Shown: in pieces, positions 42,449 to 54,900 of the stretch
How positions within the stretch are numbered: the stretch's first letter is position 1
How the letters are laid out: each line of letters opens with the position of its first letter
NCBI GenBank assembly: GCA_012295275.1
Contig: CM022670.1
Coordinates: 29,016,001 to 29,080,000, forward strand
From: Chrysomallon squamiferum
Taxonomy: Eukaryota; Animalia; Mollusca
Length of the DNA stretch: 64,000 nucleotides
Direction: 5' to 3'
Translations under genes and position numbers: made by a program
The notes under the pieces: model-generated
What the model was told of the DNA's origin: nothing
Databases searched by the model: none
What the model saw: only the letters and a program-made list of their open reading frames with translations

Positions 42449-43147
42449 CGGGTCTTAATGCAAAATATTTTATTGCAGACAAGTTAGAACACTGGAGGAC
42501 TTAAAGTTACCAAATGAATGTATGAAATTGAACATATAAAAATAAATGTCATTAATTTAAAAACAGATTTTTTTTTTTTTTAGCCTCTTTAATTTCTCGA
42601 ACATCCAGTTATGCATATATAAGTTTAGAAATGTCAATGAGGATTACTCGATACTGAACTTATGTACCCCAAATGTAGTTCTGAACTATAAACTGACAAT
42701 CTAACACAACTCTTGATCAGTGTCACACGAAACAACACGTGTGATTTTCAGAATTCCGTCATGTCTAATATGACAATAACTAAATACTTATTGGGATGAC
42801 AAGAGTGTAACCAATTATCATGACTTCAGTGTACCATACAGATACTGAAAGGCCATTACAAGGTCTACATCAAATGTATTCAGTCTTTTCGTAATATAAC
42901 TGTTTAATCAAGTCTTAATTTAAAAAATATATATGTATTATTATTATTACTATATTTATTTATTTTTAATTTGTGTTCTTTCTTTTTTCTTTTCTTTTTT
43001 TTTTTTTCTTTTAATCATAGATGTTGACATTAATCATTAGAATGTGTATGTTAATAGTTTTCTTGAAAATTGATCCATAATGTTTTGCTGACTTATTTGT
43101 TATTATAATTAAACACATTTTAATATGGAAAATGCTTATGCTTATTT

Positions 43148-43183
<36 letters not shown>

Positions 43184-44355
43184 TTTCTTCTTTACTTAAT
43201 TATTATAGCGATAGTAATGATGGTAGCATCTGTAATCATCATCATCATCATCAGTCCAATCATAAAAAGTTTACCTCTATCATCTGCAGTCATACAGATT
43301 CATCCTACCTCATACACTCACAGTACGTAAGTATGTAAACTATTTCTCATCTTTTTGAAATGCATCCTTGAATATTATAAAGTTACGCACTCTGCTTCCA
43401 CATACAGAGTACATTGTCATTTAGCTAGCAACAATTTCTTTGAACTTCTTCCTTGTATTTAAGAACTACATTCCTTGTTGTACCCAGTGTTCTGGCTGGA
43501 CATTAGCAATGGACTCGTGGACAAAGCTAAAGTTATATTTATTTACTTAGGCCAGTTCGAAAGGTCAGTGTAAGCTGTGTGCATTAACCAGAAGGTCATA
43601 TGTTTATTTGTGGTCAGTAAAATTAAAACAATCTACAGAATGATTTTGTATGCTATTATTGTTATTATTATTGTTGTTTTGTTGCTGTTGTTGTTACAGT
43701 TGTTGGTGGTGCTGCTGATGTTGTATCTAAATGGATAAAAAAAAAAAAATATCGTGCCATCAGAAATGCCCATCAAAATAGCTAGCATTTTCTTTTTTCT
43801 TCTATTTATTATAATAATTATTATTATTATTATTATTCAGTTCTTAATAATCATAACCGTTAACTTCTGCTGTTGACCAAATAAAACTAAACGACTAAAC
43901 ATTGTAATATTAACTACTGTTTCAAGGTCACTCGGCACGTGCCAACCGTCAGTATTCCTCTGTATTTCTAAGTGTTTAACAATATCACGTAATTATCAAT
44001 TTATGTATGTAAATCTGTTTAAAACGGCGGACTGTCTCGGAAACAATTCTCATCCATTGTATGATTCATCCATTGTATGACTTGGATCAGGATCTCTTCA
44101 GTATTACGGATATAAAGATCAGTACCAGGATGAAATAAGTCTAAGTGGGATAGTGATATGCCTTCGGGAATTTATCGCATAATCTACTACTCATACATAC
44201 ACATATATACTTAATTTAATTTAATTTTATTTTATTTAATTTATTTATTTGTTTATTGTTTTTTATTTTTTTATTTTTTTATTTTTTTTTCTGGACTACC
44301 TGGATTTTTTCACAGTCAAATATTCCGGATGGTATTGTGGACGTTTTCCTCTTGC

Positions 44356-44381
44356 TTTTTTTTTTTTTTTTTTTTTTTTAG

Positions 44382-44415
<34 letters not shown>

Positions 44416-44428
44416 TTCATCATCATCA

Positions 44429-44482
<54 letters not shown>

Positions 44483-44500
44483 GCAGCAGCAGCAGCAACA
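44356..44500. repeat. Compound poly(T)/(ATT)n/(ATC)n/(AGC)n microsatellite
   Basis: Directly visible. Confidence 0.9.
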
Positions 44501-45071
44501 GCGGCTTTTTAAAAAGTATTTTGGGAGTATTTTTATTTTTGTTTAACTAAAGTTAGGGTCTAAAAAGACTCAGCGGTGCCTTTATTCTGATCTGGTCTCA
44601 CTGTCTGAAAACTAAAACACCACCTCAAAACACACACGTCCGCCTCCGATTGTTATGTCATGACGATACTTTCAACCAGTGTTTGTCTAAATGCAGGAGA
44701 TTTGCCGGAAATTGCTGGTGTGATTAACCCGAGACGCGGATGTACACCAAGTTCAAGTGATTCAAGGTCGAAAAGCTGAAAGTTTCACAGTTTTCAGATA
44801 ATTAGATGTGTCAGGGGCGATCCAACATTACTGCTGGTTACCAACAGAGGGATGATAAAATGCCTTTCTATATAAAACATAATCCTTATACACATGGGAA
44901 AATATATTAACCACAGAAATAATATTAGCAATAAGAGTTTTTTTTGTATCCACATGTCCCCAAAGAAAGCCCATATATCGGCATAGGATAGAGGTTAAAA
45001 CAAGTATTTCATCAATATGCCGAACAAATCGACATTAAGATCCCCAGACTTACTTTCTAACCAATAAACAA

Positions 45072-45074
<3 letters not shown>

Positions 45075-45142
<68 letters not shown>

Positions 45143-45317
45143 GGACACACACACATGCACACGTACATATTGGTTTCTGAAGATAATATACAAATAACGT
45201 TAAGAATTCAAACGGAGCAATGAATCTGATAGATCAAACACGTATCTGTAAGTCCGGATTCTTCTTAAAAATGAAAACCGACAACGATTTAATAACGACA
45301 TTAACTAGGTGTGATCT

Positions 45318-45389
<72 letters not shown>

Positions 45390-45512
45390 TTATTTATTTT
45401 TTATTATTATTTTTTTTTTTTATTTTTTTATTTTTATTTATTATTATTATATTATATTTTATTATATTATTATTACTGCTACCAGCACTATTATTATTTT
45501 TTATTATTATTA

Positions 45513-45564
<52 letters not shown>

Positions 45565-45565
45565 C
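45075..45565. repeat. Two (CT)n tracts (45075-45139, 45319-45385) followed by (ATT)n
   Basis: Directly visible. Confidence 0.9.
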
Positions 45566-45843
45566 ATTTACTTATTTATTTAGTGAATTCTATATATTCA
45601 CTGTAACATTTCTTTCCTGTGCGAACCTTCCTCCATAAAAAAACAAAAAAACAACGTACAATAATAAAACATTTTTTAGAAATGAATCCGCATACCCAAT
45701 AAGGGAAATATAACTGTCAAACAAAAAGAAGAAGACAAGACAACAAAAATTCGCTTCATCACTATTGTCGGTCACTTACGTCAACTTTTCCATCATCGCT
45801 AAACGTCCACATAAGTCGTTAATTCTTAACATTAATTATAATA

Positions 45844-46107
45844 CATGGCCGTAAGTACATCAAGGAAGATGAGGCAAATCCCTCACCGAAATTGAGGACT
45901 TTTTTTTTTAAAATTATAAATACTACCTTTTGCCTGGTAATCTAGAAAATAAAAAATGAAATCGTAAAAAGTTATGATTACTGAACTTGGAAAAGATGGC
46001 AGGAAAGGGCTAGAATCGAAGATTTTGCCCCCAGACCCCTCGCCCAAATTATTTTTGGGCGATTAGGTGTTTTTGCGTCATTTCAAAAAGAGTCTAGATA
46101 CGCCATG
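45844..46107 (+). mobile_element. MITE-like element, copy 1 (264 bp)
   Basis: Starts CATGGCCGTAAGT, ends AGATACGCCATG (degenerate TIR); internal sequence (TAAAAAGTTATGATTACTGAACT, TAGAATCGA, AGACCCCTCGC, GCGATTAxGTGTTTTTGC) is shared with 48201-48431. Confidence 0.75.
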
Positions 46108-48200
46108 AAATACTATATATTTTATACGGATGCATTCATTTACATATACAAGCATGCACACAGATTCACAGACATAGGGTAAAATTATACATACAAAGAC
46201 ACACTCAGATATTTGTGTGTTGTCGTTTATTGTATTCACTCTGTGTTGTGCAGTGTTGTCTATGGATATGTGTGTTATGTTACAATCATGCGGGAATTTA
46301 TTTATTTGTTTGTTTGTGTGGCTGATTGTTTTTAACATCAATTTAAATGTAGTATTTGGTTATACTTAGTGCATATGTACGATAGTGGCAAACGATTACT
46401 AAGTGATTAACGATTGCTATTATAAATTACAAGTAGGTTAAAATAAAATTATTTAAAAATAAAAACAAGAACAATATCAAAAGGTAAAAAAAAATATATT
46501 TTATTTTATTTTACTGAACAAAATAATTGTAAGAATAACGTACTCCATTATACTATAACATCAACCATTGTTACAATACGAAAACATAAGCTAAGACTGT
46601 AAAAGATTTATTTATTTTATTTTAAAGTTTATTTTTATTTTTTTTATCTTTAAAAATCAATAAAAACTAAAATCGTTTACATTCGAAAAATTCCGATTAC
46701 ACTTTAAAATATGTGAAATACATCCACTTGTTGGGGGATAGGTGGCTGGGGTGAACTTATGGATTCAGATTTATAACAATAATAATAATAATAATAATAA
46801 TAATATTTTTAAAAAAAAAAAAAAAAAAAGAAGAAAGGAAAGCAAGACAACATAGTTCAGGTGCCCCCTCCCCACCCCAGAGCTGCACACAGACTGTACA
46901 AGCAGAGCATGATACTTTCTTTCTTGGTGGTCTAAAACCCAACTGCTGTGTATTTACGAATTATAACGAAAGATTATTCTGGACTGTATTTGAATGATGA
47001 TACGTTGTCTGTGTGACATATCTGAAATATTTAACTGCGTGTTTTGCGAATTTTATGAAATGCAGTATTGTATTTATTTTGTATTATTAGATTTTTTATT
47101 ATTATTATTTTACTCTCAAAACGTTAAGAAGTTGCAATAACAAAACATAAAATTAATAATAGTGCATATGTATACTTCTCAAAAATGTTTCTTACATAAT
47201 TTTTATTTTATTTTTTATTTAAGCCCAAGATTCAAGTGCAATTGCTCTTAACTAATACATAACACTGATTTTTCCTTCAGTCTAACGTTTCTCTAGTTTC
47301 ACTATTTGATATTTTAAGATATTTTGTCATTAAAACAAATTGTGTGTGTGTGTGTGTGTTGTTTTTCTTTGCGTATATTGCATTTATAACAATGTCAAAA
47401 TATTATTTAAATAAATGTGTATTTTTACAAAATAGAAATATTCTACTGCTTAAAAAGGACATTTATGATCCAGACTTGAACTTGTGACATGTAAATATGT
47501 ACACTGATATCGATAAACGCCGCATTAATATTTTTTGTTGGTTTAAAATACAGAACTGAAAAAAAAAAAAAAAAAAAAAATCTGCTTATAAATCCACGAA
47601 CAAAACTTGTTTACAAATGGAAACAAAATCATGATTTTTGTCTTTGTTGGAAATTTTCACTCTGATAGTCAGAATTGCCAACATTCATACGTGGTGTTGA
47701 GAAAAGCTTTTATCAAATGGTCAAGTCTACGGCGTTTATTCTAACATTTCAACGCTAAGATGGCATCAAAGAATTCCTCAAATCCACCTCCAACACAAAT
47801 CAACAGGACGAATATAATATAGTATTGAGAAAAGACGTATTTCCAGAACGTTCTCTGAATCGGAGTTGAGCCGGCCCTCGCTTTATGCCGGCGTTGCTTT
47901 TCTACAGCAGTACGTTCCACACATCTGAAATATATTTTTATTTAATTGTACTATTTTAACACAAAACATTTTACGACTAAAATTAATATAATATATTTTC
48001 ATATTAAATTATTTTAAAAAAATAAGTTATCAAAATTATTATATAAGTTATCGAAATGATTTTACCCAAAGTCGGGCTACAATTTATTTAGCGCCTCAGG
48101 TGTTAATTCAACTTCTCCTAATAGTCACTTCATTCTCAGTCATCATCAGCTGTCCTACACTCTTTGACAATTTGTGTGTGCAAGAAAATGTTTGCTAAGG

Positions 48201-48431
48201 CATGGCCGTAACTACATTCAGGCAAATGCCTCACTTTTTTTTATACTAAGATTTTATTTTAAAAATATAAAATATAAAAATTAAATCATAAAAAGTTATG
48301 ATTACTGAACTAGGAAAAAGATGCCAGGAAATGGGTAGAATCGAGGATTCTGCGTTTCAAGTCGGAGACCCCTCGCACAGCGATTAAGTGTTTTTGCCTC
48401 ATTTTAAAAAAAAAGTCAAGTTATGGACATG
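48201..48431 (+). mobile_element. MITE-like element, copy 2 (231 bp)
   Basis: Starts CATGGCCGTAACT, ends AGTTATGGACATG (11/13 match to the reverse complement); subterminal AGGCAAA...TTTGCCT inverted pair. Confidence 0.75.
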
Positions 48432-48893
48432 TGAGGTAAATAGATGTGCGAAGCCTTAGTATATCTGTGAAAGTTGGCGGTTTTCAGTTAATGGTCTTAT
48501 TTTAGCTCAAATTTCTTTCATTTTTTTGCCCCCAATATATTTCCAAACCGGCATAAGTCTAAATTGTGTAAACTGAACCGTGTAAAACGGGTGCTGATTG
48601 TATTTATTGTAATGAAAATTTTGTGGTATATATTACTTTTATTAATTCTAACTGTTGATATACGTATGGAATAACTTGACATCATCATCAACATTTTCTG
48701 TTAGTTCTATCAGCATTTTGACATCTGATTTTTTTTTTTTTTTTTAAATTCGTATTTTCTTTATATATTTCATAATTGCTTTCGTTATTATTATTATTAT
48801 ATAAGCAGTAGAAGTAACATCAATAAGAATGACAATGTCAATAAATATAGCAGTAAAAATAACAATAATAAATATTAACAAAGTACATTAAAA

Positions 48894-48899
48894 TTTATT
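48894..48899 (-). terminator. Candidate MUTYH polyadenylation signal AATAAA
   Basis: TTTATT on the plus strand ~80 nt past the stop; weak evidence in an AT-rich background. Confidence 0.3.
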
Positions 48900-48977
48900 A
48901 ATGTATTAAAAATATATAAAACATATACTGTTTAGAAATCTGCTGCCATGTTTATAAGGAATTAACATAAATTTTGG

Positions 48978-49064
48978 TTATTGCTGTTTAAAAAAAGATT
49001 TGATAGCTGTCTGCTTCTTTTTTTCTGTACTTCCTGCTGAAGTTTCTCTCTTTCTTTTTAAACC
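48978..49064 (-). CDS. MUTYH: MUTYH last coding exon ([28 protein letters not shown])
   Basis: TTTTGCAG acceptor; basic NLS-like stretch plus PIP box QTAIKSFF; TAA stop. Confidence 0.9.
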   Translation of the reverse strand, partial: GLKRKRETSAGSTEKKKQTAIKSFFKQQ

Positions 49065-51960
49065 CTGCAAAATCCAAATTTTAAAATGAAAAGCGTTATT
49101 TAGTAAGTAATAATGTGATTAATAACAAAGTCTTTGTAAGCCATTCATTCATAAGATAATAATCAGAAGAATAACAACAAAAACAAATGACAGAAAATGG
49201 AAAGAAAACTGAATAATTAAAAAAAACTCATCAAAGGTATATAATTCTTGCAAACAAGCTGAATGGGTTTAACAAAATAAATAGCTGCAACGTGCATATT
49301 CAATACACTGACATATTCATACCTTCTTTTTATCTTCAACAGTCTTTTCATAAGCTCGGAAAACCTGAGAGGAAATGAACAAATAGCAGAATTATTTTCA
49401 CTGCATTTGTATTTGTGTGTACCTCTAGGTATATGCATGCATTTTTGACTTCATATAAGAGTCTATTTCACTGCATTTTTTCTTTTCTTTAACAATGGTT
49501 TCGCTTGCAACTGCATGGGAAATAACTGCATAAATACAGAGAATGCTTTGTAGTACTTTGCTGTAGATAAAAAATAAACAAATTTTATGTAATGGGAATA
49601 TTTTTGTTTGTTTCATAAAAATTTACAAAATATAATTACTTATTAATTAAATATTTCCCTTAATAAAAAGGAACAAGGAAATGTATAATTAATTTATATG
49701 ATTGAAATGATATAAAAAAATATATGATCATAATAAGAAATAACATTTCAATTATATCCAGATGTAAAACAAATTCATTAAATAAAAGAAGACAAATTAA
49801 ATTTAGTAATTATCAAAATAAAATCACACTTTTTTCATAGCTGTTGAAATGGCTGACTCCAAAAACTGTTGCTTTGTAACCCACCGATACCCATTACTTT
49901 TTGTGTCTTCTGAAACTGAATCTACTGGTACTGTCACTGCCTCCACATTATACGTCTGATGGATGTGAGAAAAAATGTGAGACACCTAAAAGTACAAAAA
50001 GAAATGTACCAAACTGTTATTGTTTAAAGATTTAAAAGTAAGAAATAATCTAAATGTTATAAAATTTAAGAATATAATGATAGGAATGATCCTGCAGTAG
50101 AATGGTGTTAAAAAGAAAACAAAGCTGGTATTTTGTTCAGTTATAAAATACATTTTATTATGTATTTTATCAGGATGGGATATGATGATGGAGAACATAT
50201 TTGATACATGAGATATCATTAAAGTCAGTTACTTACTTAATGCTCAAATTATTTAATTTCTATTTTTTCAATCATTTTAATATAAAATAAAGATTTTTTA
50301 ATCTGTAGCAGTTATAAAACTAGGGTTTTGTGATATAGAATGGACCCCAGCACTGCATATTATAAAATCAATTTTAAGATACAAACAAATAATCTAAATA
50401 CATTTTTTATTCATCTACCTAATTATTTTCTTTGGAAGCAGACAACAACCTTTGCTAATAACAAGGAATAATGGTAATATAATATGCCTGTAAGATTTAG
50501 TACAGGATGCCTCTTCATCTTTAATGTCATTTTTTTCACGTACAGAAATACTAAACAGTATGAATAGAGTGATACAACAATTTGATATAACAACTTAAAC
50601 TAGCAAGAACATTTATAAAACTGATCAAATATTTTTATTATTTTTAATATTTTACCTGACCAACAGGTATTTTTTCTTTGACCTTCTTGATAGAAACTCC
50701 ATATTTGTCTCTGATGAGACTCAACATGTCTGGAGTTGATTCATCTTTGATTTCAACCTGACTGGGAAACTCCCACATACCAGCTAATAAACCTGAAATA
50801 ACACAATTTTATAATACACATTACATAAACATATCACATAGTAACAATGAGATATTAGCCTTTGACTTTGCGTATTTACACATCATATTTAAGTTCATTA
50901 TTATATACATTTATTACACAAAATATGTACCGTTTAAAAATTGTTAATGAATAAAAGAGATCTTGCTGTTGATAATCAATGAAAGTAACTCTTGGAGTGG
51001 CAGCTTCCCTCCCTCCCTCATTCATGACACACACTTAATAACTATTAAATCAAAATATCCATTCAAACACTTTATCCACAAACTATATTTCAATTTCTTT
51101 TTTTAACAAATAAAATGGGACCAAAATTAAAAATATACAGATATGTTCACCTTTAGAGGGCCTCTTTATAATAAGAAACAAATCAGGCTGATCTTGATGT
51201 TTTTGACAGATTAAACACACTGATGTTGTTTCTATTCTTGCAGCTTTCATCTTCGACTTCCGAGGGTAGTTTGTAACACCTAAACTAAATTTCAAAATTT
51301 AACATTTGTCAGTCACCAAGTAAATGAACAACTTGAATAATAAAAATAAATATTATTTATCAAGGATGTAAAATTACAGAAGCAAAGGTAGACATTTAAA
51401 AAAATGTAGAACACTGCATATGTTTTATGAAAAAACAACAACCCAAAACCTGTACTATATATAAAATATATATATATATATATATTTCATTATTAAATTT
51501 GTTAGATGAATAAGAAAAATGGCTACCTGCTATCCCACAATTCTTCTTTACCTAGGCAAAGTGAACAAGAAACATCACCTTGAAGTAAAGAAAATAATGA
51601 ATAAATAAATATATTTAATGATATTATAAGTTATTTTATATTTTTATTACAAAGAAGTGGCAAATTTTTTATCTTGAATAAGTGTTTTATACAGCAAATA
51701 ATATATGCACCACAACTCAGTGAGGTTTTTATTACATCTTCCAGATTAGTCAGCTTTTTTTTATAACCCCTTCACATACTAATGGCCCCACAAATCCAAT
51801 TATGCTTAGAAAATTAAATTCAACTCATTTATATTAAATTAAATATAATAAACCTGTAATATATATTTTAGCATTGACTTAAATATAATCGATTTCAATA
51901 ATTTTTATACAAAGATCATCTTCAGGATTATACATATTTCATATGTTAGTTGAGTTAAAG

Positions 51961-51991
<31 letters not shown>

Positions 51992-54900
51992 CAAATGGGC
52001 TTACAGGATTCTATATCAGAAATTTCATTTTTATTAGAATCCTTCTTTAGCAGCTTTTTAGCTGAAATGTTTTTGTGTTTTTCCACCTACAAGTAAAAAA
52101 AAAAAAAAATTAATATATAAACAAAAATATCAAATTCACTTGTATGTAGATAAGAACTTATTCAAAAAAACTTTCTTGTGCATGACAACAAGAGAATGAA
52201 TTCTTCTTAGAGCACCCTGTGGACTATTTGTCAGAACTGATTTATCTAAGCCTACATTACTGATAAATAATAAAAAAATCCTTACTTTTTACTAAAATAA
52301 AATCTTTCATTTTGTACAATGAAATTCTGAAATTCATATTTTGAAATTTTTAATGACTTTAATGTCAAGTCCACCACTTTCTGAAATATTCAATCTGTTC
52401 TTGACATCATTACCAGTAATTTTATCAACCAAAAAAAAAAAAAAAAACCCAGTATCATATCATTTAAATTTAATGTCAACATTTTTTTTTACCTCACCTG
52501 TTTATAAGCCCTGCAAATATCTTTTAGTGGACATTTTGAACAAGACGGAGTTTTTGGAGAACAGACTGTTGCTCCAAGTTCCATCATAGCCTGGTTGAAA
52601 TCTCCAGGTCGTTTTAAGTCTACTATATCATTAGCGAGTGACCTAAACATCACAGGTAAAACTTAATGTTAATCAGAGGTAAGCTCAGATAAATGTTTTT
52701 CTGTCATATGTTTAATGCATATAAAAAGAGAAGATTTTATTTTTATGTAAATATTATTGTATAAATAACATTTACAACAACAAAAATACACGAGTGTTAA
52801 CCAAATAATTTGATTCTTGTTAAATTTACTATTTAAGCAGGAAAATTACAATTCAAAACATATAAAAATTTTAAAAATAGAAGAGAAAATAATAAAAAAA
52901 GCACAATATTAATGTAACAATTAAAAATCAATACAGCTTTTAAAAGTCCAACAAACATAAAAAACCAACAATACTAAGATACTCTCACTGAAAAACAGAA
53001 AGCTAATGTTTAGTTAATAAATTATATTGTTTAAAGTGCCATTAAGGACTAACCAAAAACAATCCATTGCTATCTGACTAGAACTGTTAGCTCCAATACA
53101 TCGTAAACGTGATAAAACACGTATCACATTGCCATCGACAACCCCAGTTACCTAGGAAACAGAAAAAACCCATAACTTTGATATTTATAAAAGAAAATTA
53201 TCTGTTTTTCATGTAAGTTTTATTTATATACTTGGTGAATAGTGTGTGTGTGTGTGAGTGTGTGTGTGTGTGTGTGTTGAATATGTTAGATTTAAAAGGC
53301 AACCAAATTCAGTGTATAAACATTTATTAAGAAATTCTGGACCTGAATAATAAAACTCTTAACTTACCTGATTAAAAGCAATGGATGCAACAGCACCTGC
53401 AGTGTATCTGCCTACACCTGGTAAAGTTTTCATCAAGTCTTTAGCCAAGTGTGGCATATGACCATTCAGTTTATCAACAACCTACAAAAATAGTTTTAAA
53501 ATTGTTAATTAAGATGTGACATCAGATTAATATGTTAAAAGATTAGCTAAATATTATGTAACAGCTTGTATTTTTATCGAACCTAATTTTAACAAGTTAT
53601 CTCAGAAATCTTAATAACAGCCAAAGACGTAGATGAAATTACCAAACATGGCTACTAATGAAAACTAATATCACTGAAACTACCTATTACTTAAATGTAG
53701 ACTTAGATTTAAAAAATAAAATAAAAATAGGATTAATAATATTTTTTAAATACATACTTTCTTGGCTCCTTCAAACAATCTTCTGCCTCTTGAATAATAT
53801 CCCAATCCAGACCACATCTCATTCACATCCTAAATACATGAAGGTAAAAATCTAAACTGAATTACAAAAGATATAATTGTATATGTATCAATATTGAGCA
53901 GAGCATGCATGTCTTTTAAATTTGTATTCGTGTTTTAGTTTACTGCTCAGTTTTGGAGGTAGTGTTTCTTTTATCTATGTGACTGTGTATGTATGAGTGT
54001 GTGTATGTGTGTATATATATATATATATTTGATTGTATGGGTTTTGTTTCTTAGGGGATCTTTTGTTTGGGTTTTTGGAGAGGGGGATTGTTGTTTTTTG
54101 TAAAAAAAATTGTTTTGATTTTTGCTATTATCTAACTAACTCACCTCAAGTTTTGCTTCTGCTAAATCTTGAAGTGTTGGCCATCTCTGAAAATAGAAAA
54201 CAAATCTTGTTATTCATACATAATTTTGAACTGTTTATTACATCAAATATTAAATCAGAAATTCTATTCAGAAAAAAAGACAAAGAAAAAGATATGCAAT
54301 ATTTAACAATAACAAGTTGTATGTTTGTAAGGTGTGACTGCTCACGAGATCAAATATCCTCAATGGTCCTATCACCAATGATGTTCCAGTCAGTACAAAA
54401 TGACAGACTTATCAAAGTAAATAATAGATGCTTTGTCAAATTAAGTGCACTACCAAGCTGTGGCTGAATTTTTCTCTCCCAATTATTATTATTATTATCA
54501 TTGTTGTTGTTGTTCTCATTTTATAAAATTGGACACCTAATAATTGTTAATTAATAATAATGTTTTGAAGTAATAAATATTAATGAACTCAAAGTTGGAG
54601 GAAACTAAATAATACCTTCATCCATTTGTTGTAATAATCAATAACAGTAGCAACCTGAGTTTGTTGAAGCATAACTTCTGAAACCCATACTGAAATAGCA
54701 AAACAAATTTTTAAAAATCAACAAAATATTCTGATGGATTATATCAAACACAATACCAAACTCCTACTCACTTAAAATCATGCAATCAAATTTTTTTTTG
54801 TTTGTTTAAGTTTATATCTCTCTGTCATTTTATTAATCTAATTTAATGATAAATGATTAATGTTAAAACTTTCTTTTAAAGAAAATTGATTTAAATGTTT

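Noticed and set aside
44050-44081. 16-bp tandem duplication TCATCCATTGTATGAY
   Set aside because: Ordinary slippage duplication.
37872-47515. DRE-like TATCGATA at 37872 and 47508
   Set aside because: Two hits of an AT-rich 8-mer, neither near an identified TSS.
49489-49560. Alternative MUTYH terminal exon ([23 protein letters not shown]) after a TTTATCTACAG acceptor in intron 13
   Set aside because: No similarity to MUTYH; the VFRAY and PIP-box exons give the conserved C-terminus, and such acceptors are common by chance.
54033-54467. 144-aa plus-strand ORF
   Set aside because: Antisense to MUTYH intron/exon 4, non-ATG start, no recognisable domain.
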